DNA of 35,600 nucleotides, taken from the NCBI GenBank assembly GCA_021158055.1, contig JAGGVJ010000005.1:1-35600 (forward strand), written 5' to 3'. Shown one piece after another: positions 26,418 to 35,600 of the stretch. Both the position numbers and the translations under genes were made by a program. The stretch's first letter is position 1. Each line of letters begins with the position of its first letter. The notes under the pieces were generated by a model. That model saw nothing but the letters and a program-made list of their open reading frames with translations. It did no database searches and had not been told where the DNA came from. The DNA is from Candidatus Iainarchaeum sp. (GTDB lineage: Archaea > Iainarchaeota > Iainarchaeia > JAGGVJ01).

Positions 26418-26872
26418 TATTTCACCATGATAGCCGCTTTTTCAGGGTTGTATTTCCATTCAGCAGGAATTTTGCCTGTTTTTTTGTAGTATTTAACAAG
26501 CCTTTTGATTTTTGCTTCAATGAGTTCCAACCCTCTCTTGTTGTGATTGTCTTTCGGGTTTTTTGCCATGTGCTTTCTAAGATTCACGGCCTTGACAATC
26601 AGGTTCATCATGTCTTCCGGGTATTCGACTTTAACACCGTTGTCAGAAAGGATTTCCCCGATTCTTTTGCCTGTAATTAGTTTTGTTGAAGGGACTCCGT
26701 AGTTGTCCCTTAAAATCAACCCGATTTCACTTTGGGTTTTGTCTTCATCGTTCAGGTCAAGTATTGTTTTTTCGATTTCCTTTGTGCTGAACTCAACCCA
26801 CTGTGGGATTGATTTGCTTGCCGGTCTTGTGCTGCCGGATTTTCCTCTTTTTCTAGCGTGCATCCGCGCCAT
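26417..26872 (-). CDS. rps15: 30S ribosomal protein S15 (uS15, S13e type)
   Basis: MARMHARKRGKSGS, IGLILRDxYGVP, PED...AVxLRKH...KD...LxxxExKIxRLxKYYK. Confidence 0.96.
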   Translation of the reverse strand: MARMHARKRGKSGSTRPASKSIPQWVEFSTKEIEKTILDLNDEDKTQSEIGLILRDNYGVPSTKLITGKRIGEILSDNGVKVEYPEDMMNLIVKAVNLRKHMAKNPKDNHNKRGLELIEAKIKRLVKYYKKTGKIPAEWKYNPEKAAIMVK

Positions 26873-27074
26873 TTTTCCACCTCTGGTTTAATTTAACTGT
26901 TTAGTTACATGAATACAATCTGCTCACAACAGCGTGTGGTTTCATGAATGTGTTTTTGTTCTTTAGTTTATTTTTTATTAAAAAACAGCATAAATATAGA
27001 ATGTTATTACTGGGTACATTGTATTTAAAATATTTTTGCTATTTTCGGTCTTTGCGGCGAGAACGGTTGGATTG

Positions 27075-28313
27075 TCAGTCATGTCTTAATGCATCAACAG
27101 GTTTTAGTTTTGATCCCTGATATGCAGGCACGATTCCTGACAGTATGCCCACTATGACCGACACGGATAATGCCAGTATTATTGAGTTTGGTGAAACAAA
27201 TGTTCCGCCTTTTAACATATTTACGTTACCCATCAGTGAAGGTATTGCCCCGGAAAGCATTATTCCAAAAACTGTTCCGATAATGCCGCCTACTAAACCC
27301 AAAAGACCGGCGTAAAGTAAGAATATTAACATAATGTCTTTATTTCGTGCTCCGATTGCTTTCATTATTCCGATTTCTTTTGTTTTTTCAATAACTGATG
27401 TGAACATCGTGTTTGCAATCCCGATGGCACCCACAATCAATGAAACTGCAGCTATGGCTATTAAAAAAACATTCATTGAAGACATCATTTCTGATCTTGC
27501 TTCCTGCATTTGTTTGTTTGAAAATATTGAAAAATCTTTTGTTTTTTCATTAACGTGCCTTACAATCATGAGTTTGTTTTCAATTTTTTCAATTACTTCA
27601 TCCAATTGATTTTCATCTCTTATTTTTATGACGATGGAATCATAGACACCATTTTCCTTATTTTCAAACAGCTGATAAGCTCTCTGTATCGGCATATATA
27701 TTGTGGTAGCGCTATCGTCTAGTATCCCGACAATCCTGAATACATTTTCTTCAATTGTAATCATCTGGTTAATTCCCAATGGCTTGTCAAAATATGATTC
27801 CGCTAATCCCCCGCCGATTACGATAACGTTTTGATCAGCAGAATTAAGCATCCGTCCTTCTTTTAGCTTGGAATTTGTTATTTGAAACCATACTTTTTGA
27901 TCAACCCCGGTCAATGACACGGTTCCTGATTTTCCAAGATAGGACACTTCCACATTGCCGTTGATGTTTGTGTCAATAAGTGCAATGTCAGGTATTAATT
28001 TTAGTGCCTGCACATCTTTTCTGCTTAAAGTGACTTCTGTGGCGGAAGCGATTGAACCGGTCGTTTTACTGCTAAAGTTTTTTCCGCCGCCAAACATAGT
28101 GGTGCTTTTTGAATAACCGGCAGTTAGTGTCAGTATGTCCCCGCTTAAACTGTCCAGCTGGGTATTTAGTGCCTGCTGCAGGCCTTCACCGATTGACACA
28201 ATGGCTATTACTGCCGATACCCCGATTATTATTCCAAGTATGGTCAGCCAGCTTCTCAGCTTGCTATGCACAATCATGTTGAAGGCATGCTTTAAGCATT
28301 TAATGAATTTCAT
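27075..28313 (-). CDS. MacB/FtsX-type ABC transporter permease
   Basis: KLRSWLTILGIIIGV, VGAIGIANTMFTSVxExTKEIGIMKAIGA, PAY...LKPVDALR. Confidence 0.93.
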   Translation of the reverse strand: MKFIKCLKHAFNMIVHSKLRSWLTILGIIIGVSAVIAIVSIGEGLQQALNTQLDSLSGDILTLTAGYSKSTTMFGGGKNFSSKTTGSIASATEVTLSRKDVQALKLIPDIALIDTNINGNVEVSYLGKSGTVSLTGVDQKVWFQITNSKLKEGRMLNSADQNVIVIGGGLAESYFDKPLGINQMITIEENVFRIVGILDDSATTIYMPIQRAYQLFENKENGVYDSIVIKIRDENQLDEVIEKIENKLMIVRHVNEKTKDFSIFSNKQMQEARSEMMSSMNVFLIAIAAVSLIVGAIGIANTMFTSVIEKTKEIGIMKAIGARNKDIMLIFLLYAGLLGLVGGIIGTVFGIMLSGAIPSLMGNVNMLKGGTFVSPNSIILALSVSVIVGILSGIVPAYQGSKLKPVDALRHD

Positions 28314-28353
28314 TTTATTTTCTCTTAAAAAATTATCTGTTTTAAAATTTGAG

Positions 28354-29643
28354 TTATTGGCCTTTCTTTTTATGCCTTAAATAAACCACGGCTACAGCTG
28401 CCAAAATGACTATGGCTGCAAAATACAAGGTGTAATCAGGAGAAGTTGGCTGTGGAGCACCTTTTTTAGAAAAACCAGTGGTAGATTTTGAACTGTCATT
28501 TAAAATCATTAAAGTCTGCTGATTTATAGGCAGTTGTTTTTCAATAAGTTGCCTGGTTCCCATTGTGTCAGTGTAAGCTATTTGCACCTTCAAAACGTTT
28601 GGGGGTTGTGTTTTCTGTTCTTTAACTGATGACTTTTCCTGCAAGTCACTGGCACTTGAAAGTGATTGAGTGGATTGCAGGCTGAAATTTGCAATCGTAT
28701 AATCGCCTTTATTCAAGTTTCCGATTATCATTGAATTTGAACCGGTTATTTTCCAGTCTGGCTGCTGAGGAATTATTACCGAAACAGAAAATGCAGGATT
28801 GCTGCCGATGTTTGCGACAGTAAACAATGTCTGTTCACTTGAAATTTCAGAAAAAGCCACGTCAAAATCAGTTTTCCCTCCGACGTATATTCCTGCAATA
28901 GTGTTGATTACCTGTTCATTTCCGCTTAAAGTGCCGTCATAGCTTAATTGTAATTTCAGTTCATATAGTCCGGCTTCGGCATTTGAATCAGCAATTATCT
29001 GATAATCTAATTCTGCACTTTCGCCGACATCAATGTATTTGATGTGCTTTGTATTGTCGCTGCCTACAGGAAGTATTATTTTGTCCTCGTTTATCCAGCT
29101 GAAGATAATATCTCTAAGCGGAGCAGCGCCAACGTTGTTTATTGTGAATTTAAGCGTATCTTGTTTTCCGGGAACAAGGGTTGTTTTATCAATGTGGATT
29201 ATTTCAGCGTTTTCTTTACTTTTTACGCTGAGAGACAATTTTGTAATCATTTCTGAAGAGTTATCTGAATATGATTTTAGTTTTAGTTCATGGTTTCCTG
29301 CTATTGCGTCTTTGTCTACTTTTAATTTGTATTTGACAATTTTTGTATTGTGCTGCCCCTGATATGCCATTATTGTTCCGATATTTTTAACAGAAGTTTC
29401 TTCAGGAAAAAGTTCAAACGGATAAATCGGTTTAAGTTCTAACATCATATTGGTTGCCGGGTTGCCCCCGCTGTTTGTAACTTCAAAACGAACTTCGACA
29501 GTACCTCCGGCTATTGCGGGATCCGGATCCTGATTTACAAGATTTATTGATATTGCGGCAATATCTGATAAGTCTGCGTGTACCACAGATATTGACATTA
29601 GCATTGTTAAAATTATTATAACAGGGCATATTGATTTTTTCAT
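28354..29643 (-). CDS. COG1361-type S-layer/Ig-domain protein associated with the ABC exporter
   Basis: Signal peptide, QDPDP...G..VE start, repeated Ig-like NxG motifs, C-terminal TM plus basic tail. Confidence 0.75.
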   Translation of the reverse strand: MKKSICPVIIILTMLMSISVVHADLSDIAAISINLVNQDPDPAIAGGTVEVRFEVTNSGGNPATNMMLELKPIYPFELFPEETSVKNIGTIMAYQGQHNTKIVKYKLKVDKDAIAGNHELKLKSYSDNSSEMITKLSLSVKSKENAEIIHIDKTTLVPGKQDTLKFTINNVGAAPLRDIIFSWINEDKIILPVGSDNTKHIKYIDVGESAELDYQIIADSNAEAGLYELKLQLSYDGTLSGNEQVINTIAGIYVGGKTDFDVAFSEISSEQTLFTVANIGSNPAFSVSVIIPQQPDWKITGSNSMIIGNLNKGDYTIANFSLQSTQSLSSASDLQEKSSVKEQKTQPPNVLKVQIAYTDTMGTRQLIEKQLPINQQTLMILNDSSKSTTGFSKKGAPQPTSPDYTLYFAAIVILAAVAVVYLRHKKKGQ

Positions 29644-30383
29644 TTTTTATCCACCTCAGCATTTTCAGTTATATTTATTATTTCTCCGTCTTTCAATTCA
29701 ATTACAGTGTGGGCATATTTAGCCAGCTTAAGATCGTGTGTAACCATGATAATTGTTTTTCCTTGTTCTTTCCATAACCTGCTTAACATATTCAGGAGTT
29801 TTTTCCCGGTAACGCTGTCAAGAGCTCCGGTAGGTTCGTCAGCAAGGATGATTTCGGGATTGCTTACCAAGCTTCTTGCTATTGAAGTCCTTTGTTGCTC
29901 TCCGCCGGATAACTGGTTTGGCCTGTTGTGCATTTTTTCACTGAGACCCACGGTTGACAGTACTTCTTTTACTTTTTCAGTTGCTTTTTTATTGTTGTAT
30001 TCTAAAAATTCCAATGGAAGCATTATGTTTTCAAAAGCAGTCATCGATGGAATGAGGTTATACTGCTGAAAGATGAACCCGATGGTTTTTCCTCTGAGTG
30101 ACGCCAAATCTGATTCGTTGAGCTTGCTTATATTTTGCGATTTAAGGAAAATATCGCCTTTGGAGGGAGTGTCAAGACAGCCCATCAGGTTCATCATTGT
30201 TGACTTCCCGCTGCCTGAAGCACCGATGATGGCCACAAAATCACCGTTTTTGATTTTAACGTTTATTCCTTTCAATGCAGGTGTCTCTACTTTTCCCATA
30301 TTGTAAATTTTCCACACGTCTTTTAAGTGCAGAAGTATTTCAGACTTTGAATCAAGTTTATCAGTTGGGGATTTTTCTTTCAT
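29640..30383 (-). CDS. LolD/MacB-type ABC transporter ATP-binding protein
   Basis: GASGSGKST, GFIFQ, LSGGEQQR, LADEPTGALD, VTHD. Confidence 0.95.
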   Translation of the reverse strand: MKEKSPTDKLDSKSEILLHLKDVWKIYNMGKVETPALKGINVKIKNGDFVAIIGASGSGKSTMMNLMGCLDTPSKGDIFLKSQNISKLNESDLASLRGKTIGFIFQQYNLIPSMTAFENIMLPLEFLEYNNKKATEKVKEVLSTVGLSEKMHNRPNQLSGGEQQRTSIARSLVSNPEIILADEPTGALDSVTGKKLLNMLSRLWKEQGKTIIMVTHDLKLAKYAHTVIELKDGEIINITENAEVDKK

Positions 30384-30401
30384 TTTCAATCATCAATCCG
30401 G

Positions 30402-31976
30402 TTAAACAGACAAAAACAATTTCTTGACGCGGTCAATTCCCACTGCCAGAATAAACGAACCCAGTTTCGGCCCCTTTGGTTTTTCCAAAAGCACAGAATA
30501 GCACGCCAAAAACAACTCTCTTGGTTTTACATCACTGCTTTTTGCGGTTTCAAACACAAGCTGTTGCACTTCGTCAGCTGTTTTGCAGCTGTCAAGATTT
30601 TCAGCGATTTGAGTGAAAAGAGGTTTTAGTTCTTTTACTTCTTCGCGTGTTTCCTGTGAAACGCTTTCAACCACTTTTATGATGACCTGTTCCGGCGCAT
30701 TGGATTCAACCCAGTTTTTCGCAGTGATAAGCCGTATGTTCAAAAGTTTTGTTTCTTCAGCACTCAATTGATTGTCTTGTTTTGCACTCAAAAGCTCTGC
30801 GGCTTTTTCAACCAAAAAATCATTTGGAACAACCTGGACCAAAGTGACTGCTTCTGAAAAAGGTAGCCTTCGCGGCAGTTTTTCAGGGATCATGTTTGTC
30901 TGGCTCAGCTCGTAAAGGCGTTTTTTTTTCTGCATGGCCTTGTCTGCAACAGCACCTGATTTGAATTCAAAATACGCAGTTTCTGCTTCGTCAAAGTAGT
31001 TGTACTTGTTGAAGATATCCATGTCAAAAGGAATGTCTATTGCCTTGTTTACCCTTGCGCCGTACATGAACCTCACAACTTCGGGTTCGTACACTTCAAG
31101 CAAGTCGCTTACGGTTACAACGTTTCCTTTAGACGAAGACATTTTCTCGCTCTGGCCTTTCAGATTAATGAATTCGTACATCGGTCCCACAGGAATTTTT
31201 CCGTCAAATATCTTTTCGCTGATAATTGTGCCGGTGTCCCAAGAGCCGCCGCGGGCCTTGTGGTCTTTTCCTGAGCTTTCAAAATCAACCTCAAAGTAAT
31301 TCCAGCGCGAAGGCCAGTCAACCCGCCATTTGAATTTAACGATTCCTGTTTTTCTGAAATCAATCTTGTTTGAATGGCCGCACTTGCAGGCATATTCAAG
31401 TTCGTAGCCGCCAAGATAAGTGACTTTTGTGGTGTCTTTTCCGCATTTTTCGCAATACGCAACGGCAGGCACCCAGTCTTCTTCAAGCGGCTTGTGCCTG
31501 AATCTGTCAAGGATTTCCCTGATTTCTTTTGTTTTCTCAAAACCTGTCTTGAGGTTTTCTGCAAAAGTGCATTTTTCATACAGTTTTGTTGCCGAAAGGT
31601 ATTTTGGCCTCACACTGATTTTTTCAAGCTCGGATTCCATTTTTTCCTTGAAGTGCGCAGCGTATGAATCGTGGCATCCCCACGGGTCAGGCACTTTGCT
31701 TACAGGCATCCCGATATACTGCTCCCATTTCGGGTTGACTCCTTTCGGGACTTTCCTGAACCTGTCAAAGTCATCCCATATGTACTGAAAAGTTGCCTTT
31801 GTCCCCTTGTCAAGAAGGGCCCTGTAAACTAGTTCCTGAACCATCACTTCGCGGAAGTTCCCGATGTGGACCACGCCGGACGGGGTGATTCCCGATTCAA
31901 CCATGTATTCTTTTTTATCCGGGTTGTTTTCAATCACAACCTGTGCGAATTTATCTGCCCAGTGCAGGTCTTCCAA
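30402..31976 (-). CDS. lysS: Lysine--tRNA ligase, class I
   Basis: HWAD, SGITPSGxxHIGN, WRVDWP, GKDH, KMSSSKG, GPKLG; TTG 31976 follows AGGTGA. Confidence 0.95.
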   Translation of the reverse strand: MEDLHWADKFAQVVIENNPDKKEYMVESGITPSGVVHIGNFREVMVQELVYRALLDKGTKATFQYIWDDFDRFRKVPKGVNPKWEQYIGMPVSKVPDPWGCHDSYAAHFKEKMESELEKISVRPKYLSATKLYEKCTFAENLKTGFEKTKEIREILDRFRHKPLEEDWVPAVAYCEKCGKDTTKVTYLGGYELEYACKCGHSNKIDFRKTGIVKFKWRVDWPSRWNYFEVDFESSGKDHKARGGSWDTGTIISEKIFDGKIPVGPMYEFINLKGQSEKMSSSKGNVVTVSDLLEVYEPEVVRFMYGARVNKAIDIPFDMDIFNKYNYFDEAETAYFEFKSGAVADKAMQKKKRLYELSQTNMIPEKLPRRLPFSEAVTLVQVVPNDFLVEKAAELLSAKQDNQLSAEETKLLNIRLITAKNWVESNAPEQVIIKVVESVSQETREEVKELKPLFTQIAENLDSCKTADEVQQLVFETAKSSDVKPRELFLACYSVLLEKPKGPKLGSFILAVGIDRVKKLFLSV

Positions 31977-32134
31977 AAAATCACCTTTCAATCTGAATTT
32001 TATTAAAATGCAATGCAAGGTGCATTGCATGTTGTTTGTTGTGCTTGTGCATAGTTTTGTTGTACACATGCATAGTAAGGATATATAGTAAGGATTCTGG
32101 ATTTATAAAATATCTTTGTGTTCAGTAACGGGTT

Positions 32135-32779
32135 TCAGGTGTAACGCGCTCTTTTTTCTATTTCAGCTATTTTTTCAATAACTTTTTTATCACAATATCC
32201 TTTTGTCACAGCATTCCAGTTTTTCGGAAAGCCGCGCGAGTGAGTGGACGAAAGGGTTTTTTTAAGCACAAGCAAGTCAACTGCCTTGTCTTCAACTTCT
32301 TTTGAGACAAAGCCGAGCCCGAAGTCAACAAAAGCGATTTTTTTGTTTTCATCTGCTTCTGCCGGTATTATGTTTGAAGTTGACAGGTCGCCGTGAATCA
32401 CGTCTTTTGAATGAAGCTGTTTTATGTTTTTCCCGACTGTTTCCCAGTCCTTTTCCCCGAACTTTTCCAGCGACAGGTCTTTTAACAGAGTGCCTTCCAT
32501 GAACTCCATGCAGATTTCAAAGTTTTTCAAATCCACTGAAAAAACAAGAGGGGTTCTGACACCGCTTTGTTTTGCTTTGCTTAAAAGCCGTGCCTCTGAA
32601 CGCGTGCGTTCCCTTCGAAGCCGCTCGTCAAGTTCTTTCGGGCGGTATGTTTTTTGAATCCGCCGTTTAAGGATTGCTTTTCGGCCGAGAAATTTAGCTT
32701 CAAACACTTCTGCTTCCGCGCATTTTGCAAGCGTTTTTTTTAAAGTGATTTCCAGGTTTTGTTTTTTTTCTTTGATCAT
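32135..32779 (-). CDS. bud32: KEOPS kinase/ATPase Bud32 (stand-alone)
   Basis: AEA, KxRxxKxYR..LD..LR..RT..EA, HGDLxTSN, DFGL, EDKAVDL, RARY end. Confidence 0.92.
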   Translation of the reverse strand: MIKEKKQNLEITLKKTLAKCAEAEVFEAKFLGRKAILKRRIQKTYRPKELDERLRRERTRSEARLLSKAKQSGVRTPLVFSVDLKNFEICMEFMEGTLLKDLSLEKFGEKDWETVGKNIKQLHSKDVIHGDLSTSNIIPAEADENKKIAFVDFGLGFVSKEVEDKAVDLLVLKKTLSSTHSRGFPKNWNAVTKGYCDKKVIEKIAEIEKRARYT

Positions 32780-32845
32780 TTTAATCCTCATTGGTCATTT
32801 TAATCCTCATTGGTTATTTTAATCCTCATTGGTTATTTTAATCCT
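32778..32845. repeat. 19-bp tandem repeat ATTTTAATCCTCATTGGT(C/T) x3.5 over the bud32 start
   Basis: Units begin at 32778, 32797, 32816 and 32835. Confidence 0.9.
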
Positions 32846-32897
32846 GCTTGTGTTTTTTTAGCATTGCCTGAACCTGTATTTTGCAGGTTTTTTAGCA

Positions 32898-34085
32898 TTA
32901 TCGGAACCTGTCCAGTATTTCAGCTGCCAGCAAGCTTTTCGGCATTTCTTCAAGTTCTTCAACCGCATTTTTTGTGATTATGAAAACCTTGTTGTTTTCC
33001 GAGTTTATCGCCTCTTGCGAGTTTGCTATTATCATGTCGCAGTTCTTGTTTTTCAGTTTTTTTACTGCGTTTTCCATAAGGTTTTCGGTTTCAAGCGCAA
33101 ACCCCACAAGTTTTTGGGAACTCGTTTTTCTTCTCCCGATTTCTTTCAGAATATCAGGGTTTTTTGTCAGCTCAAGTTTGAGGGTTGCGTTGTTTTCTTT
33201 TTTTATTTTTTCTCTTGACTCATCCAACACCTTATAGTCAGAGACCGCTGCCGAGCATATCACAAGGTTTTTTCCCGCGAAGTTCTGCATGCAAGCATCG
33301 TACATCTCTTGCGCCGTGTTCACTTCAATCACTTTTACTCCCGGCTTTGCAATGCTTGCGGGACCGATTACCAGCGTGACGTCTGCTCCCATGGCTTTCG
33401 CGGTCTCAGCCAGCGCGTAGCCCATTTTTCCCGAGCTTTTGTTTGTGATGTGCCTTACAGGGTCAATCGGCTCGATTGTGGAACCCGCGGTAATCAGTAC
33501 GCTTTTGTTTTTTAGGGGTTCTTCAAGCAGCACCCTTGCCTTTTTTGCAATGTCGCCCGTGTCTGAAAGCCTTCCTACCGCGTGTCTGTTGCATGCAAGT
33601 CTTCCGGTTGCCGGACCTATGAAGAAATAGCCGAGTTTTTTTAGTTTTCCTGTGTTTTCCCGCATGATTGGGTTTGTGTACATATTGTTGTTCATCGCGG
33701 GTGCAATCAAAATCTTTGCTTTTGAAGCCATAATGGTTGTCGTCAAAAGATCGTCTGCGATGCCGTTTGCAATTTTTCCGATCAGGTTTGCGGTTGCAGG
33801 GGCAACCAGTATCAGGCCGGCTTTGTCTGCAAGAGAAATGTGCCCTATTTTTTCCCTTTCAAGGTAATCCCTGTAAGTCATGCCCGGCTGAAAAAGGCAG
33901 TCGCGCACGGGACAAAGCTTTTGGAATTTTTCAACTTCAATGAGTTTTTTTCCGCTTTGGGTAAGGATCACTTCAATATCGTAGTCCGCGCTCAGCTCTT
34001 TCACAAGCTCTTCTGCCTTGAACGCGGCAATGCTTCCCGTGATTCCAATCACTATCGTTTTTCTTTTTTCGTTTTTTTGTTCCAT
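32898..34085 (-). CDS. coaBC: Bifunctional phosphopantothenoylcysteine decarboxylase/ligase
   Basis: GITGSIAAFK, HI.LA, APATAN, PAMN, LAC...GR, TAGxTxEPIDPVR.I.N.SSGKMG, AAVSDY, GFALET. Confidence 0.96.
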   Translation of the reverse strand: MEQKNEKRKTIVIGITGSIAAFKAEELVKELSADYDIEVILTQSGKKLIEVEKFQKLCPVRDCLFQPGMTYRDYLEREKIGHISLADKAGLILVAPATANLIGKIANGIADDLLTTTIMASKAKILIAPAMNNNMYTNPIMRENTGKLKKLGYFFIGPATGRLACNRHAVGRLSDTGDIAKKARVLLEEPLKNKSVLITAGSTIEPIDPVRHITNKSSGKMGYALAETAKAMGADVTLVIGPASIAKPGVKVIEVNTAQEMYDACMQNFAGKNLVICSAAVSDYKVLDESREKIKKENNATLKLELTKNPDILKEIGRRKTSSQKLVGFALETENLMENAVKKLKNKNCDMIIANSQEAINSENNKVFIITKNAVEELEEMPKSLLAAEILDRFR

Positions 34086-34185
34086 TGCAATCAGTGCATA
34101 ATATTGCAGGTAATTGGTTTAAAACTTTTTCAGGCAGCTTTGGAGTTTTTGAAACAATTTTAAACAACTCAACTCAAATTAATTC

Positions 34186-35424
34186 ATGTGCCTGGCAGTC
34201 ACAGCAAAAATACTAAAACTTGAAGGAAACGGTTTTGCAAAAGCCGATTTCGGAGGGATAACCAAAAGCATTTCAGTCAAGCTTCTTCCGCAAGCAAAGC
34301 AGGGGAGTTTTGTTCTGGTGCACGCAGGCTACGCAATACAGATTGTGTCAAGGCAAGACCACGAGTTTGCGTCAATTCAACCCCTGATTGCGTCAATTGC
34401 AGACCATCCTGTAAAAGAAGCGCGTATAATGCATATTTGCGGAACACACGAGCAAACCATTGCAAAAAGCGGCTTGAGGGATTTGCTTCCAAAAGGAATC
34501 GAGCTTATTTCAGGGCCCGGGTGCCCTGTTTGCGTGACCCATCCCTCAGAAATAAACGCAGCAATAGAAATTGCAGAAAAAGGCGCAATACTTACTTCTT
34601 TCGGAGACATGGTCGGTGTTCCGACAGGCTGCTTTGGGGAAAACTCCATTTCAAAAGCGCGGGAAAAAGGAAGTGATGTGCGCATAGTGTATTCAATAAG
34701 TGATTCAGTTGAGATTGCGCGAAAAAACCCGCAAAAGCAAGTGGTGCATTTTGCAATCGGGCTTGAGACCACGACACCGATGACTGCTTCTGCTCTTCTT
34801 GAAAATCCTCTTGAGAACTTTTCAGTGATCTGCTCGCACAGGCTGACCCCGCCGGCAATGAAAGCGCTTGTCTCTGACACAAAGATTGATGGGTTCTTAG
34901 ATCCCGGGCACGTGGCTTCAGTAGTCGGGCTTTTTCCGTTCAGGGAAGTGAATTCAGGTCTTTTGTCTTCAAAACAGGTTCCGCAGGCAGTAAGCGGTTT
35001 TGAAACAACAGATGTTCTGGTCTCTCTTTTAATGATTCTTGACCAGCTGCACCAGGGAAAACACATTGTTGAAAACCAGTACACAAGAGTGGTTCGGGAG
35101 CACGGCAACACGGATGCAAAACAAGTTATTGAATCTGTTTTTGATGTAAAGGATTCTTTCTGGAGAGGGCTTGGAAAAATCCCTTGTTCAGGGTATTTTC
35201 TGAAAAAAGAGTTTGAAGACTTTGACGCGCTCAAAAGGTTCGGCATTGAACTTGAAGAAAACGAAAACGAGTTTCAGGGCTGCCGTTGCGGGGAACTCCT
35301 GCAGGGAAAAATACACCCAAGCGAGTGCCCTTTGTTTGGCACTGCGTGCAAACCAAGTTCACCGAAAGGACCCTGCATGGTTTCAAGTGAAGGAACGTGT
35401 AGGATTCAGTTTGAAAACAGGTGA
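34186..35424 (+). CDS. hypD: Fused [NiFe]-hydrogenase maturation protein HypC-HypD
   Basis: N-terminal MCLAV...ADFGG...VLVHAGYAI (HypC) in frame with CGTH, GPGCPVC, GxETT, PGHV and the C-terminal CxC...C...C...CMVSSEGxC (HypD). Confidence 0.92.
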   Translation: MCLAVTAKILKLEGNGFAKADFGGITKSISVKLLPQAKQGSFVLVHAGYAIQIVSRQDHEFASIQPLIASIADHPVKEARIMHICGTHEQTIAKSGLRDLLPKGIELISGPGCPVCVTHPSEINAAIEIAEKGAILTSFGDMVGVPTGCFGENSISKAREKGSDVRIVYSISDSVEIARKNPQKQVVHFAIGLETTTPMTASALLENPLENFSVICSHRLTPPAMKALVSDTKIDGFLDPGHVASVVGLFPFREVNSGLLSSKQVPQAVSGFETTDVLVSLLMILDQLHQGKHIVENQYTRVVREHGNTDAKQVIESVFDVKDSFWRGLGKIPCSGYFLKKEFEDFDALKRFGIELEENENEFQGCRCGELLQGKIHPSECPLFGTACKPSSPKGPCMVSSEGTCRIQFENR

Positions 35425-35600
35425 ATAATCGGTTTTTAATAAAAAGTTATATATATAACTAATATGTAGCATATGCTCTGTTGCATAATTCATATAAATT
35501 GAGCCTTGGTTATTGGTTTATGTTCTTATTTTGGCTTCTGCGTAGTCTTTCATGCTTTGGTGTGCCCAGAATTTCATGCGGATTTCGTGAATTATGTTGC

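Noticed and set aside
34377-35246. Long antisense ORFs (also 3157-3738, 6762-7424, 13025-13747, 18118-18759 and others)
   Set aside because: Shadow frames of well-supported genes with F/S/L-rich composition and no motifs

Overview
Archaeal chromosomal segment, probably from a DPANN-type or other small-genome lineage (inference). The markers are archaeal r-proteins eS19/eL39/eL31/eL20/eS1/uS15, aIF6, prefoldin alpha, Pus10/TrmY, class I LysRS, CarS and the secF-secD order. Most of the window is housekeeping: RNA processing and modification, SRP54/FtsY, SecDF, membrane proteases, CoaBC and Bud32, plus an AT-richer ABC exporter block. The unexplained signal is mostly non-coding. (i) Two dispersed copies of a GTAAGTCCCCT-[GAAA hairpin]-GGGG-YARTTCAC motif, each just downstream of a TATA-like box, resemble IS200/IS605 right ends (the 3' end of omegaRNA scaffolds); one is followed by 20 nt and then T5. 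(ii) A ~1 kb gap with no long ORF, upstream of srp54, contains up to three TATA-led structured small RNA or small-peptide units. Coding oddities are a HypC-HypD fusion, an unannotated 40-aa ORF in the pcc1 position, a frameshifted acylphosphatase, a DUF2341 surface-protein paralogue pair sharing a C-terminal domain, a carS gene coupled to a sortase gene, and many near-perfect tandem repeats that build disordered protein tails. All calls come from reading motifs by eye; no searches were run.
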